A DNA stretch of 62,446 nt, filler included, from Sluysia triapertura (lineage: Eukaryota): the NCBI GenBank assembly GCA_046118255.1. It is 5 parts of 5 records of this genome, joined end to end, with 100 filler letters (N's around TTAATTAATTAA, not from the genome) between each part and the next. Parts side by side here need not be neighbours in the genome. Positions count along the whole stretch, not along the records: positions 1 to 12,860 come from JBJNIA010077272.1; 4 more parts are not named here. One strand, written 5' to 3'. Within the stretch, counting starts at the first letter, position 1; each line of letters begins with the position of its first letter. The notes under the pieces are model-generated. The model was not told where the DNA came from and did no database searches. It saw only the letters and a program-made list of their open reading frames with translations. Of the stretch, positions 1-12,960 are shown piece by piece. Both the position numbers and the translations under genes were made by a program.

Positions 1-76
1 GTATACACGTAGTAAGAACGTTATGGTCACTCGAATGTTCAACGTGTATACACGTAGTAAACCGGTAAGGGGTTAA
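1..76. mobile_element. Probable right end of a piggyBac-type element (...ACCGGTAAGGGG|TTAA) with a subterminal direct repeat
   Basis: GTATACACGTAGTAA occurs twice (1-15, 46-60) and is followed by GGG + TTAA (73-76), the typical piggyBac end and target. The other end lies outside the window. Confidence 0.4.
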
Positions 77-389
77 CTTAGAAACTGTCATAAATCGATA
101 GTTTATTCGAAACAAAAGATTAATTTAATTAGATTCATGTCGATTGATGGCAGAGTGTACAGATAAAATGTAATAAAAAGTATGGTAAAAAACGACAGTG
201 ACAATAATTTTAACAATGATGATAATAAAATTATGTAAAATATTTGTGATAATTTTAAATACATAAACTTTTAAATATCTAAAACATGAGCTTTCTTTTA
301 ACACATTGATCTACTTTCTCAACATAAAATAAATAAAATTCTTTTCCTTTTGAGTTTCTATTGTTTAGTTTGGTTTGTATAATCTTGAC

Positions 390-1120
390 TTAGAATGTTA
401 AATAATGTTTGTTAAAGGATTGTGAGTTTGAAATGTTTTGGGTTGATTTGAAAATATCTATTTGTGATTTTTAATGTTATGTAATAAGGATAAAGTTGTT
501 TTAAGTAAATTTTTAAATGTATTGGTGATTAAAGGTGTAGATTATAGAAAAAGATGTCAAGACAATGTTTAAAAGAAATGACGATACGAGAATGTTTAGA
601 GAATGTTATTTTGATTAAAACATCTAAAATGGTTTCAAAGTGTTAATTTAATGTTTTCAGTGATGTTAGAGATTGAGTGTTGAGGATTGTAAACTTGAAA
701 TATTTTCAATTGATTTTAAGATGTACATTTGATAGTTTGAGATGTAATTGTGATTCAAACGTTATGAGATCACGAATAAATGTTTTAAAAGAGTTTTTAG
801 ATAAGTATTAAGATTTGGATGTTGGCAGAATATTAATTTACATGTTTTGAGATATGAAAAATGGTTTTAGTGGATCTAAAGAAATAAAATATGAAAAAGG
901 TTTTTAATGGAAAATAGTTAGAATGTTATGGAGTGTGATTTTATGAGAAGTGTGTTGAATTAATTTTTTTAAAGTAAATCTTTGATTATTTTCGGTATTA
1001 AATGTGAATTTAATTTATACTTGTAATGTTGAAAATATTATGAATTATGAAATGTTGTGAAGGTGATTTTGGTGTTTATTTTTTGAAACAAAACCCTAAG
1101 ATATTGGGTTGGTCACCACA
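390..1120 (+). repeat. Dispersed TG-rich repeat family ending ...TTGG(T/C)CA(C/T)CACA; possible solo LTR. Other copies at ~12044-12330 (-) and ~22050-22421 (+)
   Basis: Shared 3' end TTGGTCACCACA / TTGGCCACCACA / TTGGCCATCACA. Shared internal motif TGGATCT(A/G)AA..AAT. The 5' boundary is approximate. Confidence 0.45.
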
Positions 1121-2399
1121 TCCTGATCCTCATTCAACTTCATCGACATTGTCAACATTGCATGACATCCATTACAATTCGTTCTATCTCTTAGACATTA
1201 TAATTGGTGTCAGTTTCAACCACATGATAGTACACTTTATCACATTATAATAAATGATTCAAAAACGAAATCAATACTTAATTTTTATTTATGTTTTGTT
1301 TTTTAATGTCTATAAGACAGATTCGAGGAAACAAAAGACAATACGTAAGGGCGGTTAAATCAATATAAATTAAACAGCATGAATTAAAATAAGCATAAAC
1401 ATTAAACTAAAATGACTAAACAATTGTAAAACAAATTTTGTTCGTAAAAAATCGCAAATTAATTAATTTAAGTCATTATATTGGCACCAAATTGTGATGT
1501 TGTTGAAACAAGATTAGTCCAATTAGAATTGTGTGTGTAAAAATATTAAGGTAATAATTTTTTAAAGCAATTACAAAACATGATGTAATCATCACTGATG
1601 ATTTTGTATCAAGAAGAAATGAGGAAGAAGATTTTAATAATTTAGAAGAGACTGTAGTTTTTACCACTCAAAATTCTTGTGGAATTTAAGTGTCCATTAC
1701 TTAGTACTTTTCAAAATTATGTTTCAAGGCAAGCTTTTCCACATCATAAAATTTTCATGACGCAATAACATCCTCAAAGATACTTATATGGGTTAAGATT
1801 TTAGAATTATTTTGCTTATTATGTTCTGAGAACATTAAATTAATATTAAATTGATAAATTAATTTTATTCGAATATTTACATAGTAAAATAATAAGCACA
1901 TATTTATTATTTAATTTACTTAATTTACATAATTTTTATCAAATATTTTATTTAAAATATCAACAAGATAAAATATATAAATGTTATTGGATGAAACGGG
2001 CAGGATGAATACAAGATATAAAGTTGAATCATATAGGATAAAAACAAAATTATAAGAAATAGATCTAAGATAACAACTTCCTACCTTAATTGTAACATAT
2101 ATACTAGTCGAATTAAGCATCAGAAAATTAATGTCTCGTTAAATTTTCTTGCTATGTAAGTAATATATTCGATAATTGACGGAAATATTGTCATATCCAA
2201 ATCCGGATTGGAAACCATGACACTAATTTTATAGTAAAACAACAAAATAACTTTGATTTCATAAACAACGTATTCATATTGACATGATCAACTTTATATT
2301 TCTCATCATCATTGAAAAAGACTGTGCGTACAGCTAAGTCATTTATGAAATTAATTTCAATATAAAGAATGTCTTTCTTTACATAGTCATCTCTACTTC

Positions 2400-2965
2400 T
2401 GTTAGGTTGTCATCACGACCATCTAGAATCATTCAAAATGCATTAAAATAATCTATAAATGTCTAAAAACACTTTTAAAATGTTTATGTTTTAAAAAGAA
2501 TATTATTTTCCAAAAAGAAATTTTATTTTCCAAAGAAATTTATTTTCCAAAGAAATTTATTTTCCAAAAAAGAAAATTTGCTTATATACATAGAACAGAA
2601 GCTTCTAGAATGCTCTAGAATATTCCATTGATTTTCATTGGCTGATGACTAGTACATAAACTAGCATTAGTTTAATGAAAATCGCCATTTTACAATCGCA
2701 ATTTTTATCAATTTTCAATTCTCAGCAGTTTTGCAGTATTCAGTTATTTTATTAGTCAATTATCCTTTTAAATAAATCAGCACCACCGTTTTTAATCCAC
2801 TCAGTGTATTAGCAATCCAGTTCCAAGTCGTATCGGAAACTTTTGATCAAATTTCCATGAAAGAGTAAATTATTTTATTTTAAAGAGATTTTGACTTTTT
2901 ATAAGCTAATATCATAAAATACACTTAAAATAAAATTTAAATATCATTATTGTAAGATCCCGATT
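2400..2965 (+). mobile_element. Solo-LTR-like repeat, family starting TGTTAGGTTGTCATCAC
   Basis: Collinear homology with 23243-23625 (reverse) and 19832-~20000, including the motifs TTTTCATTGG(C/T)TGATGA, AAACTAGCATTAGTTTAATGA.AATCGCCATTTT and ATTGTAAGA.CCC. Confidence 0.55.
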
Positions 2966-3500
2966 GTAGTGTTCTGTTGATCCTAACCTCTAACACACAC
3001 AACATAAACATCCACTACACTTTACATTAATATATAACAACTTAAATAAATTATAACCTTTTAATTTCTATAATATTATGTAATAAATCATAGCAATCAG
3101 TTACTTTCAATTCGCCAATATCGCTCTACACAAATATATCATCTTAATGTAATTTTTACACCTTCCTTTGTTTCTACTTTTTAAAGTATATTTATGTTCG
3201 TGTTCATAAAAGTTTTGCAAGATCTTCAGAAGTATATATTATAAGTATCGCATGTATATTCGAGTTCATCTTAATCGAAATTACTAGATCGATCAATTTT
3301 TATTTTTTCATCAACAATATATTACGTCAAGTCACAGAATCAATTATATTTTATATTATATTAAGATTCATTTTTTCGTCATTTGTTTTAATATTATTAT
3401 TATTTTTGTTGTTCGAATTTTCACCACAAAGAAATTACGCACAAAGTAGAATTTTAAAATTTATTTCAAAATACATTTTTACAACAGAAATAATTACAAA

Positions 3501-5086
3501 ATGAAGAAGTCAACAAGTAGTTCAGAAAGCTCCCCTAAAGCAAGTTCTGATGATCTAAATAAACCAGTTTCTCCTTTTGGAAAGAAAACTTTCAAAATAG
3601 ATGAAAATAAAAACAATTTAAAGAAAACAGAAAGACCTAAAGTAAACAACCATGAAGTTGATGGTAAGAAGTTTACAATCGATTCATATATTAATAATTC
3701 AGGTGTTAGCTTTGTACATGCAAGAACATCAAATGTGCTGAAAAATTCAAAAGTGTTTGGTATGGAAATTTTCAAAATCTGTTTAGATTTATGGAACAAC
3801 ATTGTCCCAGATTGGTACAGACGAAGTCAAGAGAGTGGTTTTAGTCAATTTACGCAGCATCTCCATGTACTAAGATTTTCCAGACTTAGACGATTTATTA
3901 GTTCAAAAATGGCTAAAGAAACTAGTGATTTTCATGAAGAACCGAATTCATTACTACCTGCACAACTTTCACCTAAGTTTGTTACTAAATGCGTGAAACA
4001 GGGCTTGATATCTGATTATAAATTAAGTGATTTTTGTGTTAAATATGTAGTTCTATTTTTTTATCCATTGAATTTTACTTCCATATATCCTATTAATATA
4101 ATAGATATTCATACTATTGACTCGTGTAAAATTATTGAAAAAGTGAACAGTAACGTTATTGAAAGACTTAACCATAACGTTACTGAAAGAATAAATTATA
4201 TCATTGTTGAAAGATGTAACGTAATTNNNNNNNNNNNNNNNNNNNNNNNNNNNNNNNNNNNNNNNNNNNNNNNNNNNNNNNNNNNNNNNNNNNNNNNNNN
4301 NNNNNNNNNNNNNNNNNNNNNNNNNNTAACTGTAACGTTATTGAAAGACTTAACCATAACGTTACTGAAAGAATAAATTATATCATTGTTGAAAGATGTA
4401 ACGTAATTGAAAGACTTAACTGTAACGTTATTGAAAGACTTAACCATAACGTTACTGAAAGAATAAATTATATCATTGTTGAAAGATGTAACGGAACTGA
4501 AAGACTTAACTGTAACGTTATTGAAAGACTTAGCCATCACGTTACTGAAAGAATCAATTGTATCATTGTTGAAAGAGTAAAAGCACTAATAATAGATATT
4601 GATAGCATTAACTCGTGTAAAATTACGAGACAATCTTTAGTTTATTTTATTCATTTAGATTATAAAGAGATTGATCGCATCATTACTAAAAAGTTACACA
4701 GACAATCTGATGTTTCTGAATGGAGTTTGAAAAATCTCAATACACTTTTTTGTTCTATTAGATCTATAAGTGGTTCAAGTACACAGGATCACGAGAGAAG
4801 ATTTCTCATTGTTGTAATTCACGAATTGTTAGCTTTTATCAACTTTTTATTGCTTAACAATATGATTTTAATGTTTGATGTTTCTAATATTACCTTTTAT
4901 ATACTTGATAAATTTAAAATGGAATATATCATTAGACTTAGTTACATTTTGTTTGAGTTTTTAATAAAAGATAAATTAAATTATTGTAATATTCTGACAG
5001 GCCTTAAGCCAATTTCAGCTTTAATTAAATTTTTAAATTCTAATACTAAATCGTTTATTATTACGCCCCGGCTATTACAGTACTGA
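3501..5086 (+). CDS. Long intronless chimeric ORF, probably continuous across the 4227-4326 gap: unknown N-terminus, peroxiredoxin N-terminal-like fragment, 30-aa tandem repeats, unknown C-terminus
   Basis: ORF 3501 runs into the gap within the repeat. After the gap, the same repeat frame (GTT at 4337) is open and in frame with the 4727-5086 ORF. 3951-4103 encodes [46 protein letters not shown], matching the 2-Cys Prx motif [24 protein letters not shown]. Confidence 0.55.
4131..4580 (+). repeat. 90-bp coding tandem repeat (subunits 24+24+18+24 bp) encoding VIERLNHNVTERINYIIVERCNVIERLNCN
   Basis: The unit starts at 4337, 4427 and 4517. The array is interrupted by the assembly gap. Confidence 0.9.
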
Positions 5087-6536
5087 TATCAATAAATATA
5101 CGGTAATGTAAATATTCACGATATCATAAATCCTAGAACGATAGCTTAATGTATCTCATTAATTTTTCCTTATAATTACCAATAAATAAACAAAACAAAA
5201 AAGATTATCGAAAAAACAGCAACAACGGCCAGATAGTAAATCCAATTTTCAATAACACCATTATCAAAGTCATCAATTCAATATCAATACAAACCAAATT
5301 CCTTTCTTTATGCAGAATAACAGAACGCTTTTCACAATTCTTTGATTATTTATTTTATTGTAGATATTAACAATTTATATATCAATTATTACTAAAAGGG
5401 TTATCATTTTTATTCAGCAACCAAGGTTAGTGAACATTTCATTTGTTCTTTTACGTATGTTATGGATTAAATTTACAATCCTTTATTATTGAGTCTTCTA
5501 TCTTTAATACAGTATTTATGACAATCTCTTCACTTTTAAACAGTATTAACGTTATAAGTCTTTAAAAGCAAAATAAAATTAGGTAAACATTCACAAAATA
5601 CATCTCTTATTAGATCACTAACATTCAATATTGAAATAATATACTCATAATTTCATTGCATATTTCTACTCCATCGACCAGTACCTAATATATTCATTTA
5701 CTAAACCTAGAAAGTATCTTTATCTTTAGGACAAACCTATTCAAGTTGTACTTGCCGTTGGACCTCACTGCGCCGATCAAGACGTAAGATCATCGCTACA
5801 GCAAGCATTTTTGTTTGCGGCGCTCTTGACGAAAAAACTGGTAGGGAATTCGGAATAGTTCTATGAATCCCTTTGATCCAGTTTGAGTAGGCTAAAGAGT
5901 AAGCCACTAGATGACATGATATTTTATCGCCATTTATGTAGCATGTTGTCAAATGATTGGCATACATTGAGGTTTCATTTTCTAATCTTTTATAAAAAAA
6001 TTAATCTCATATCTTGATAAGCATTCAGACTTCTTTTCGACTATGATTAGTGACAAAGAAAAAAATGTCCGATTTCTACCATTAAATTTTAATAAGTTAG
6101 GTATTTTGATTATATTATCAAATTCTAAAACCTTGCACTCAGAAGTTTTTAAAAATTTGTTAACTTTATCAACAATATCTAAGTCCAATGTTTTGATCAT
6201 AATAAATAATTTTTAAATAATCACACAATTACTGTTACTATTCCTGTAATAATTCATAACTAATTGTCATTTATTAATTAATTTGTTTACTTTTATCACT
6301 GTTATTTCATCTAGTATTATTTCTTAATATGATTTATAATTAACTTATATTACGCTTAACTATGAATTCGTAAAACAAAATTCTTAGTTTAATCAATCGT
6401 TAAAATAGGTAATTATCACTGTCGTGAGCTCAAGACAAACACATTCATTACAAATTTAAAGGTAAACAAACTCCAGCACATTCATCATAAATAAAATCTT
6501 AAACACAATTTAATACAAAATATCAAATTATCAAGG

Positions 6537-6663
6537 TACTACTACTACTATCACTATTACTACTACTACTACTACGACTACTACTACCACTATTACTACT
6601 ACTACTACTACCACTATTACTACTACTAGTACTACTACTACTAGTACTACTAATAATAATAAT
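6537..6663. repeat. (TAC)n microsatellite, imperfect
   Basis: Direct inspection. Confidence 0.95.
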
Positions 6664-9600
6664 GTGCAAAACTTGTAATATTAAAATATCGTAATATGTA
6701 ATATGTAATATTTTAAGAATTCATGAAATGTAATTTATGTAATTAAATAAGATATACAAGAAATATATTAAAAATAGTTGTTATAATTATTATTTAACTT
6801 GTATTAGTTTTATTTCCGAACAATTATTATAGTATTTTATTATAGTATAAGTATTATTATTCTTATTATAACATTATTATATTACTAATAGTCAATTAGA
6901 AATATTATTTGTGTAAATAAGGTCAGTGACCTCAAAAAATTACTGTATCACAAAAAAAATTCTATAACTATTTGATTTGTAACACAATAAACTATTTGGC
7001 GTGTCAATGTTAATCATTTTAGAAAATTTTAATCAAGACGTATACACAGAATTTCTATTAACGATTTTTATTAAACGATTTCTATTAAACGATTCATTTT
7101 TAACATAACATTAAAAAATCATTATCGAATGTTGAATTACAATCATTTCTGGAATCATACTTGATGGATCAATCATCACGGGCTAAATTTTGAATATCAA
7201 TATTTATTTAATAGACTAATTGTTAGTTGAATATTTTTGTAAGAAAGAATTTTAAAAAAAATAAACTAAAATATACTTAAAACATTTTAGTAATATTTAA
7301 TTAGTAATATTTATTACATATTTAACAGTAATTAACCTCAGAATTAAAACAATTATCGACTAAAGATAATTTTGATAAACTAATAATAAAAATTTATACT
7401 TAAATTAACACTGTTGATTGATTAACTCAAATCGTTATTAAAAATTTTACGTATTATGGAATTCATATTTGTATGTATCATTTGTTTTTATTATTAAAAT
7501 ATTTATAAATTTGATTACTTATAAATTATATAAATAAGAATTAATAATGTAACATAATATTCATCTATTTATAAATTTATTTATTTCTCAAAATTTTTTA
7601 ATCTTTTAAAAATTCTTACATATACTGGAAGAAAAATTAGATATTAACATTTTTATTATACATATTCTTTTTGAGGATACATTCATAATCTAATCGATAA
7701 TTTAACAGTTCCTTTCGTAGACACATTTATAATTTGATTGATAATTAAACATGTAATAATATTTATTACGTAAATATCTGAGTTTTAAAATATTCTAATT
7801 ATAATATTTAAATTCATTTTATAATTACTATAATATTCACGTTAACTATTAGTTTTATCGTCTCTAAGTTAGCCAAGATCATTTTATTAAATAAATTTTT
7901 TATGTTCAATTTGTGTTTTCATTCTTAATTAATTATTAGAAAGAAGAACCCCAAGGGAGAAAAATAAAATTAAAAATATTTATTTTCACGGACTAGAGCT
8001 GAATTCAAACGTATTAACTCAATAAATAAAATTCAATCTCAAAATAAAATAAAACTTTCTTTCGGGTCACCGAAACGAGTATCCGACTTCATACGTCCAG
8101 ATAGGACGAATATAGTAAATAAGCATAAACAATATCTACAAAACAAGTTTATATTAATTAAGGATTGTGTAAAAAAGTTTGAATTATTAGAAATTGAAAG
8201 TGCATTTCAAATAAATATAGATTATTTAAACATAAAAGTAATATATACATTTTGTAGATTAAATCGCCAGACTAACTTGTAGAAAAAGTATCCCATACAT
8301 AGAGTTACTCCTTCCACAAAGAATTACGTAAACCTTATTAACAGAAGTAATTGACAATTTAATTAACAATTAAAGGAAAGTTATACACTACTCAACTTCT
8401 TAAATTACACAACACTTGATAAATTTTACATTAAAACATAAACTTAAACCTAGATTTTTATAAATTTTAAAATAAAATAAAATCAAACTTTAAGGGCATA
8501 AATTTAACTTAACTTATTTTAATTAACTTAAATTAAAGATTAGATAGAACGGATAGAAATTATGTGAAATTTAAATTTTCAAAATTATTTTAAAATTAGA
8601 TTCTCTGAATATGAAACATAATATTGAGATAATATAAAATTATAATATATATAAAATTACACCAGATCAAGCAAAGCCATTATATTGATAGAAAGTATAG
8701 ACACTAACTTAGAAATTAGCAATAGATGACTCTCCACTTACAAAACTTTAAAGTTTAAGATACATAAAGCATACATAACTATTTGTAAAGCAGAATTGTA
8801 AAGTTTACTTAACTTCATTCAAACTCTTATAATACATAAATAATTTTAATTTTTACAATAATAATAATTTTAAATAATATAATAATAAAAATAAAATTTA
8901 TCATAAAGCTAAACAGCCTGGATTTAGTATGAAAATTATAAGTATAAATGTACTTGTTAATGATTCAGTAATTTGACCTTACAAGGTCAATTATTTAATT
9001 TTGTTAAGTAGCGCTGTATGCGCAGACCATTTATAATTGAATATTTTCACAAGTTTGTAGATATTATAAAACCAGACAATCAACACAATTTTTTGAATAA
9101 TATTTTCACGTTTGTCACGATTTATATATTTTTTCATTGAATAATCATAATTTTTACTTGATAATTTTCAAAAAATAGCGTTCAAAGTTGTAGAATAGAA
9201 TTAGGAAAAAAATTAATTGGAAATTCTACTTTACTTCGACCTTCATACAAGCATAATTATACCGTTGACGATTCAATTAGGATTCTTATTTTATTTTATT
9301 AGTTTATATTGACTAAGTTTTTAGCACATTTAATGTGCTACAAAATATATTAAATTATTTAACATTTTTTAACGCCTGTTTAAAGAGACTAACAAAATTT
9401 CATTAAAAGTATATATTAAAAATTTAGAAATTCTACAAAATATTTTTAAGTTATTGTAATTTTATACTTTAGTATTGATTGATATTTATTCTAAAGTTCT
9501 ATCGTTTATTACAACCCAAACTTTTTAATGGCAAGCGTCCATTATTTTGTAACTCATTTAATAAAGAAATAAATTATGAAGGATTAAATTATATAGTCAA

Positions 9601-9890
9601 CAGTTAAAATCAGTCGTTATTTATTTTTTAATACATAAACATAAACCATCTTCACGCGATATAACGCAAATTGAATGTATCTTTGTCATAACAGTCATAA
9701 TGATGATAACATTGACGCATACATAAAGTAAAATTTAATTTTATTGTTAAAATTACTGTTGTTAACTTATTACTGTTAGTATATCATTGTCATTGTAGTA
9801 TTGTTAATATCTATTCTATTTTTTATCACTTTTTCATATTATTTATTATCATTATTTCATACTTGTTCATTTCATTTTTAATGTTATGTC

Positions 9891-10930
9891 TTGTATCTAT
9901 TCGGCCCAAATCGTTATCGTTGTTACCTCAAGATTAATCATCTTACTATTAATAAGGCATATGGACTATTAAATACTAACAGTGAGAGATCAAGAATTAT
10001 TGATTTAAAAATAAACATTGAAATGTATACAATATATCGTCAACAATTATTATGCAAGAAAGTTTTATCTGACAACTACGCTACATTAAAAGATAGTTAT
10101 AAACAAAATGATAATATAGTCTTATTAATGTCAGCTCCGGGTAGTATTCAGACTCCAGTACCTAAAGGAATAGATAATACATTCCAATCAAAAAAATAAT
10201 AATTTTGAAAATGAAAACGATGAAAATGGAGATGAGGATATAAATAACACCAAAGATTATCAAATTATTACAAAATATAAACAATATCAGGAGCATAAAT
10301 CATCGGTAAAAAATAGGTTACATATTAATTTGGATCAATCTCAAATCGATCAATTAGTAGAACGTAACGATAGAATTCGTGTAAGAGTACCTTTAGTTCG
10401 ACTTTAGTTATTAGTATATCAATTTGCTTTCAAATGTATAGAACCGATATTTTTAAGAAAATTTGAAAATTTACCACAGCTCAAGATTACATTTCTACGT
10501 TCATGAAAGAAGCACGAAATATAGCAGAAGCTATTTATTATACTAACTTAAATCATAATAAATTGAATCATGACGATATTATAAATGTTTGTAAATTAAT
10601 TAAATTTGGATACGATGTTTTGTCAAAACAAGCATTATTGATGAAGCTAAAAATTTATTATAAAAAGGACTTGTGAATAGCAAAGACAATGAAATTGTAG
10701 TGTAAATATAGTTACCAGTCCTTGATCTTTTATCTGATATGCCACACGACGATACAGAAAGAATAAAATTAAAATGGAAAATTTTTTAAAAAATTAATAA
10801 AATATTGCATTAGCAATATTGATCGAGTGATTATTCAAAGGGGTTGTTTCTGGATTTATGAAAACTAAAAATGCTAAGAATAACTATTATATACCAATGT
10901 ATCAAATCATAACCGATTCAGATAAGTTTA
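9891..10930 (+). pseudogene. Decayed intronless ORF of unknown family
   Basis: A 102-aa ORF continues after a frameshift as coding-like text (ENENDENGDEDINN...QIDQLVERNDRIRVRVPLV...MKEARNIAEAIYY), with stops. No recognisable motif. Confidence 0.3.
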
Positions 10931-12785
10931 TTTTTTCAACACTTACATTTCTTAGTTTCTATTACAAATTGTAATTTGTGGTTAACAAAAATTTTTTAAT
11001 TAATTATTAACTAAATAGTTTTGTACTATTGAGAAAATAGCATAATGAATTTCAAGTCTTATTACAATTCACAATGATATAGTTATGCACGCTTATGATG
11101 ATTATGATTACGACGTAGCAATGGTTATAATGATAATAATATCATACATTTGTAAGTACATGTTTAGTATTGTTATCATAGCATTCATCACTGTAATAAT
11201 TATTATCGTATTATTTATTGAGTAGAATATTTATAATTATTATTAATTAAGATTATTATATTATTATAAAGTTAGATAAGGTTAAATTATTTTAATAAAT
11301 GTATTATGGTTGTGCTGAATATCTATTGGAATTGATATAATATGAAAAGTGAGTACGTCCTAAGAAAATTAATGTAAAGTGAAATGTGGTATTTTGGGAT
11401 ATATAATTTTGGATTGCATAACGAAAAGTTACATGAATGTGATGTGTTTAAAATTAAATTTGACCTTTTCAATAATATTGTTCATTATGAACATTGTATT
11501 TGAATGGTTTCAAACTAAAATGCTTTAATAAGTAACGTAAATTTATTGAATCAATTGTAGTTTAAATAGATTACGATTAAAGATTATTCTAGTTATTTCA
11601 TGAGTTACTAAGTGATTATTTGATGTTCATGAGAGAAATTCAGACGTTTTTGAATGCTTCATGATATATCTTAATGTTGTCAAGCTCTGGGTTACGGAAA
11701 TAATTAGATTGGAGAATATTAACTTCGTTTTACTTTGGGGATGCTTATGAACTTGTTCGATTGTAAATCTGTTAGTATATTCGAATTTTAAATTTTAAAT
11801 TTATTGATATTTAAGTTTCTGATATATTCTATTAAAATTTCTTCTACAAATTTATTTATTATTTTTGCTTTTAATTTTTTTTATATTTTTAGAATTAAAA
11901 GCCGCCTTAAGGCCTGGCAAACAAACTTGTGCAAAATTCAATGGGTAAGTTAATTTAATAAAACAAAACAACGTAGAAAATAAACATTTTACCAATCGTA
12001 CTTTTAACAACACCCGAGTAAAAAAGAGTTGGTAAAATATTTATGTGATGGCCAAACTTTCATCAGAAATTTTAATTTGATATACACACACTAATAGTAC
12101 ATTTCATAACATTTCACATTTTAATTCTACCGATTCATTAAAATTTTAGGTAACTTAAAACATTTTAAATTCACAATTTCATAACATTAAAATTATACTT
12201 ACATCGAAAACCATTAAATGTACATTTCAAAGTTAATCCAAAACATCACAAGTTCACAACTTTTTAACATTCAAATCATTTATATTATTCAAAAAAATTA
12301 AATTTACATTTCTAAATCCCGTTCAAAACATTATTGTAATCAACATCTTTAACTACGTTGTTACTTTTTCTTGTATTTCTACTTAAATTCTTTCGATAAG
12401 ATAATAATAATTATTATATTTTATAAAAAAGAAGAAATATTGTATAAGGAAAGAATTTTTTATTTATTATTATTATTAAATTTTATTTTATTATTCATTA
12501 TTACTTATTTTATTTTATATTTATTATTATTAGTTTCATCATTATTATTGTCATTGTTATCTCTTGGTAACACCACCATTAATTGAATTTTTAATTTTAT
12601 GTTCACAGTAAATGTCATTGTGGACAGTATTTTTATAAGTTTAGATTAAATTTCATTACATTGATATAGTTATTGACAGTCACTATTGATTATAATTTTG
12701 TAAATTTAGCAATAAATTGTATTGGCCATCGAATCATTGTTAATTTTTAGTTAAAAATACACATAATATCTCTATCTATCTATAC

Positions 12786-12860
12786 CAGGGCTTCTTAAAC
12801 TTTTTTATATAGCGACCCCCTTCAAGCTTAGGAAATTTTAAACGACCCCCTCCTCCATAT
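12786..12860 (+). mobile_element. 5' end of a hAT (Charlie-like) non-autonomous element, truncated by a gap
   Basis: Begins CAGGGCTTCTTAAACTTTTT...GCGACCCCC, similar to Charlie-type MITE ends. It is preceded by ATCTATAC, resembling the NTCTAGAN target preference. Confidence 0.55.
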
Positions 12861-12960
12861 NNNNNNNNNNNNNNNNNNNNNNNNNNNNNNNNNNNNNNNN
12901 NNNNTTAATTAATTAANNNNNNNNNNNNNNNNNNNNNNNNNNNNNNNNNNNNNNNNNNNN

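Noticed and set aside
8060-8110. GC-rich hairpin with CGAAAC resembling a hammerhead ribozyme
   Set aside because: The required CTGATGA core is absent on both strands.
12371-12586. Hydrophobic low-complexity ORFs (also 21723-21905, 33009-33284, 56303-56527)
   Set aside because: These are translations of AT-rich simple sequence with no coding signal.
12861-12960. TTAATTAATTAA embedded in N runs (also 24606-24705, 38479-38578, 50666-50765)
   Set aside because: Identical in four gaps and centred in them. It is an assembly spacer with stops in all frames, not biology.
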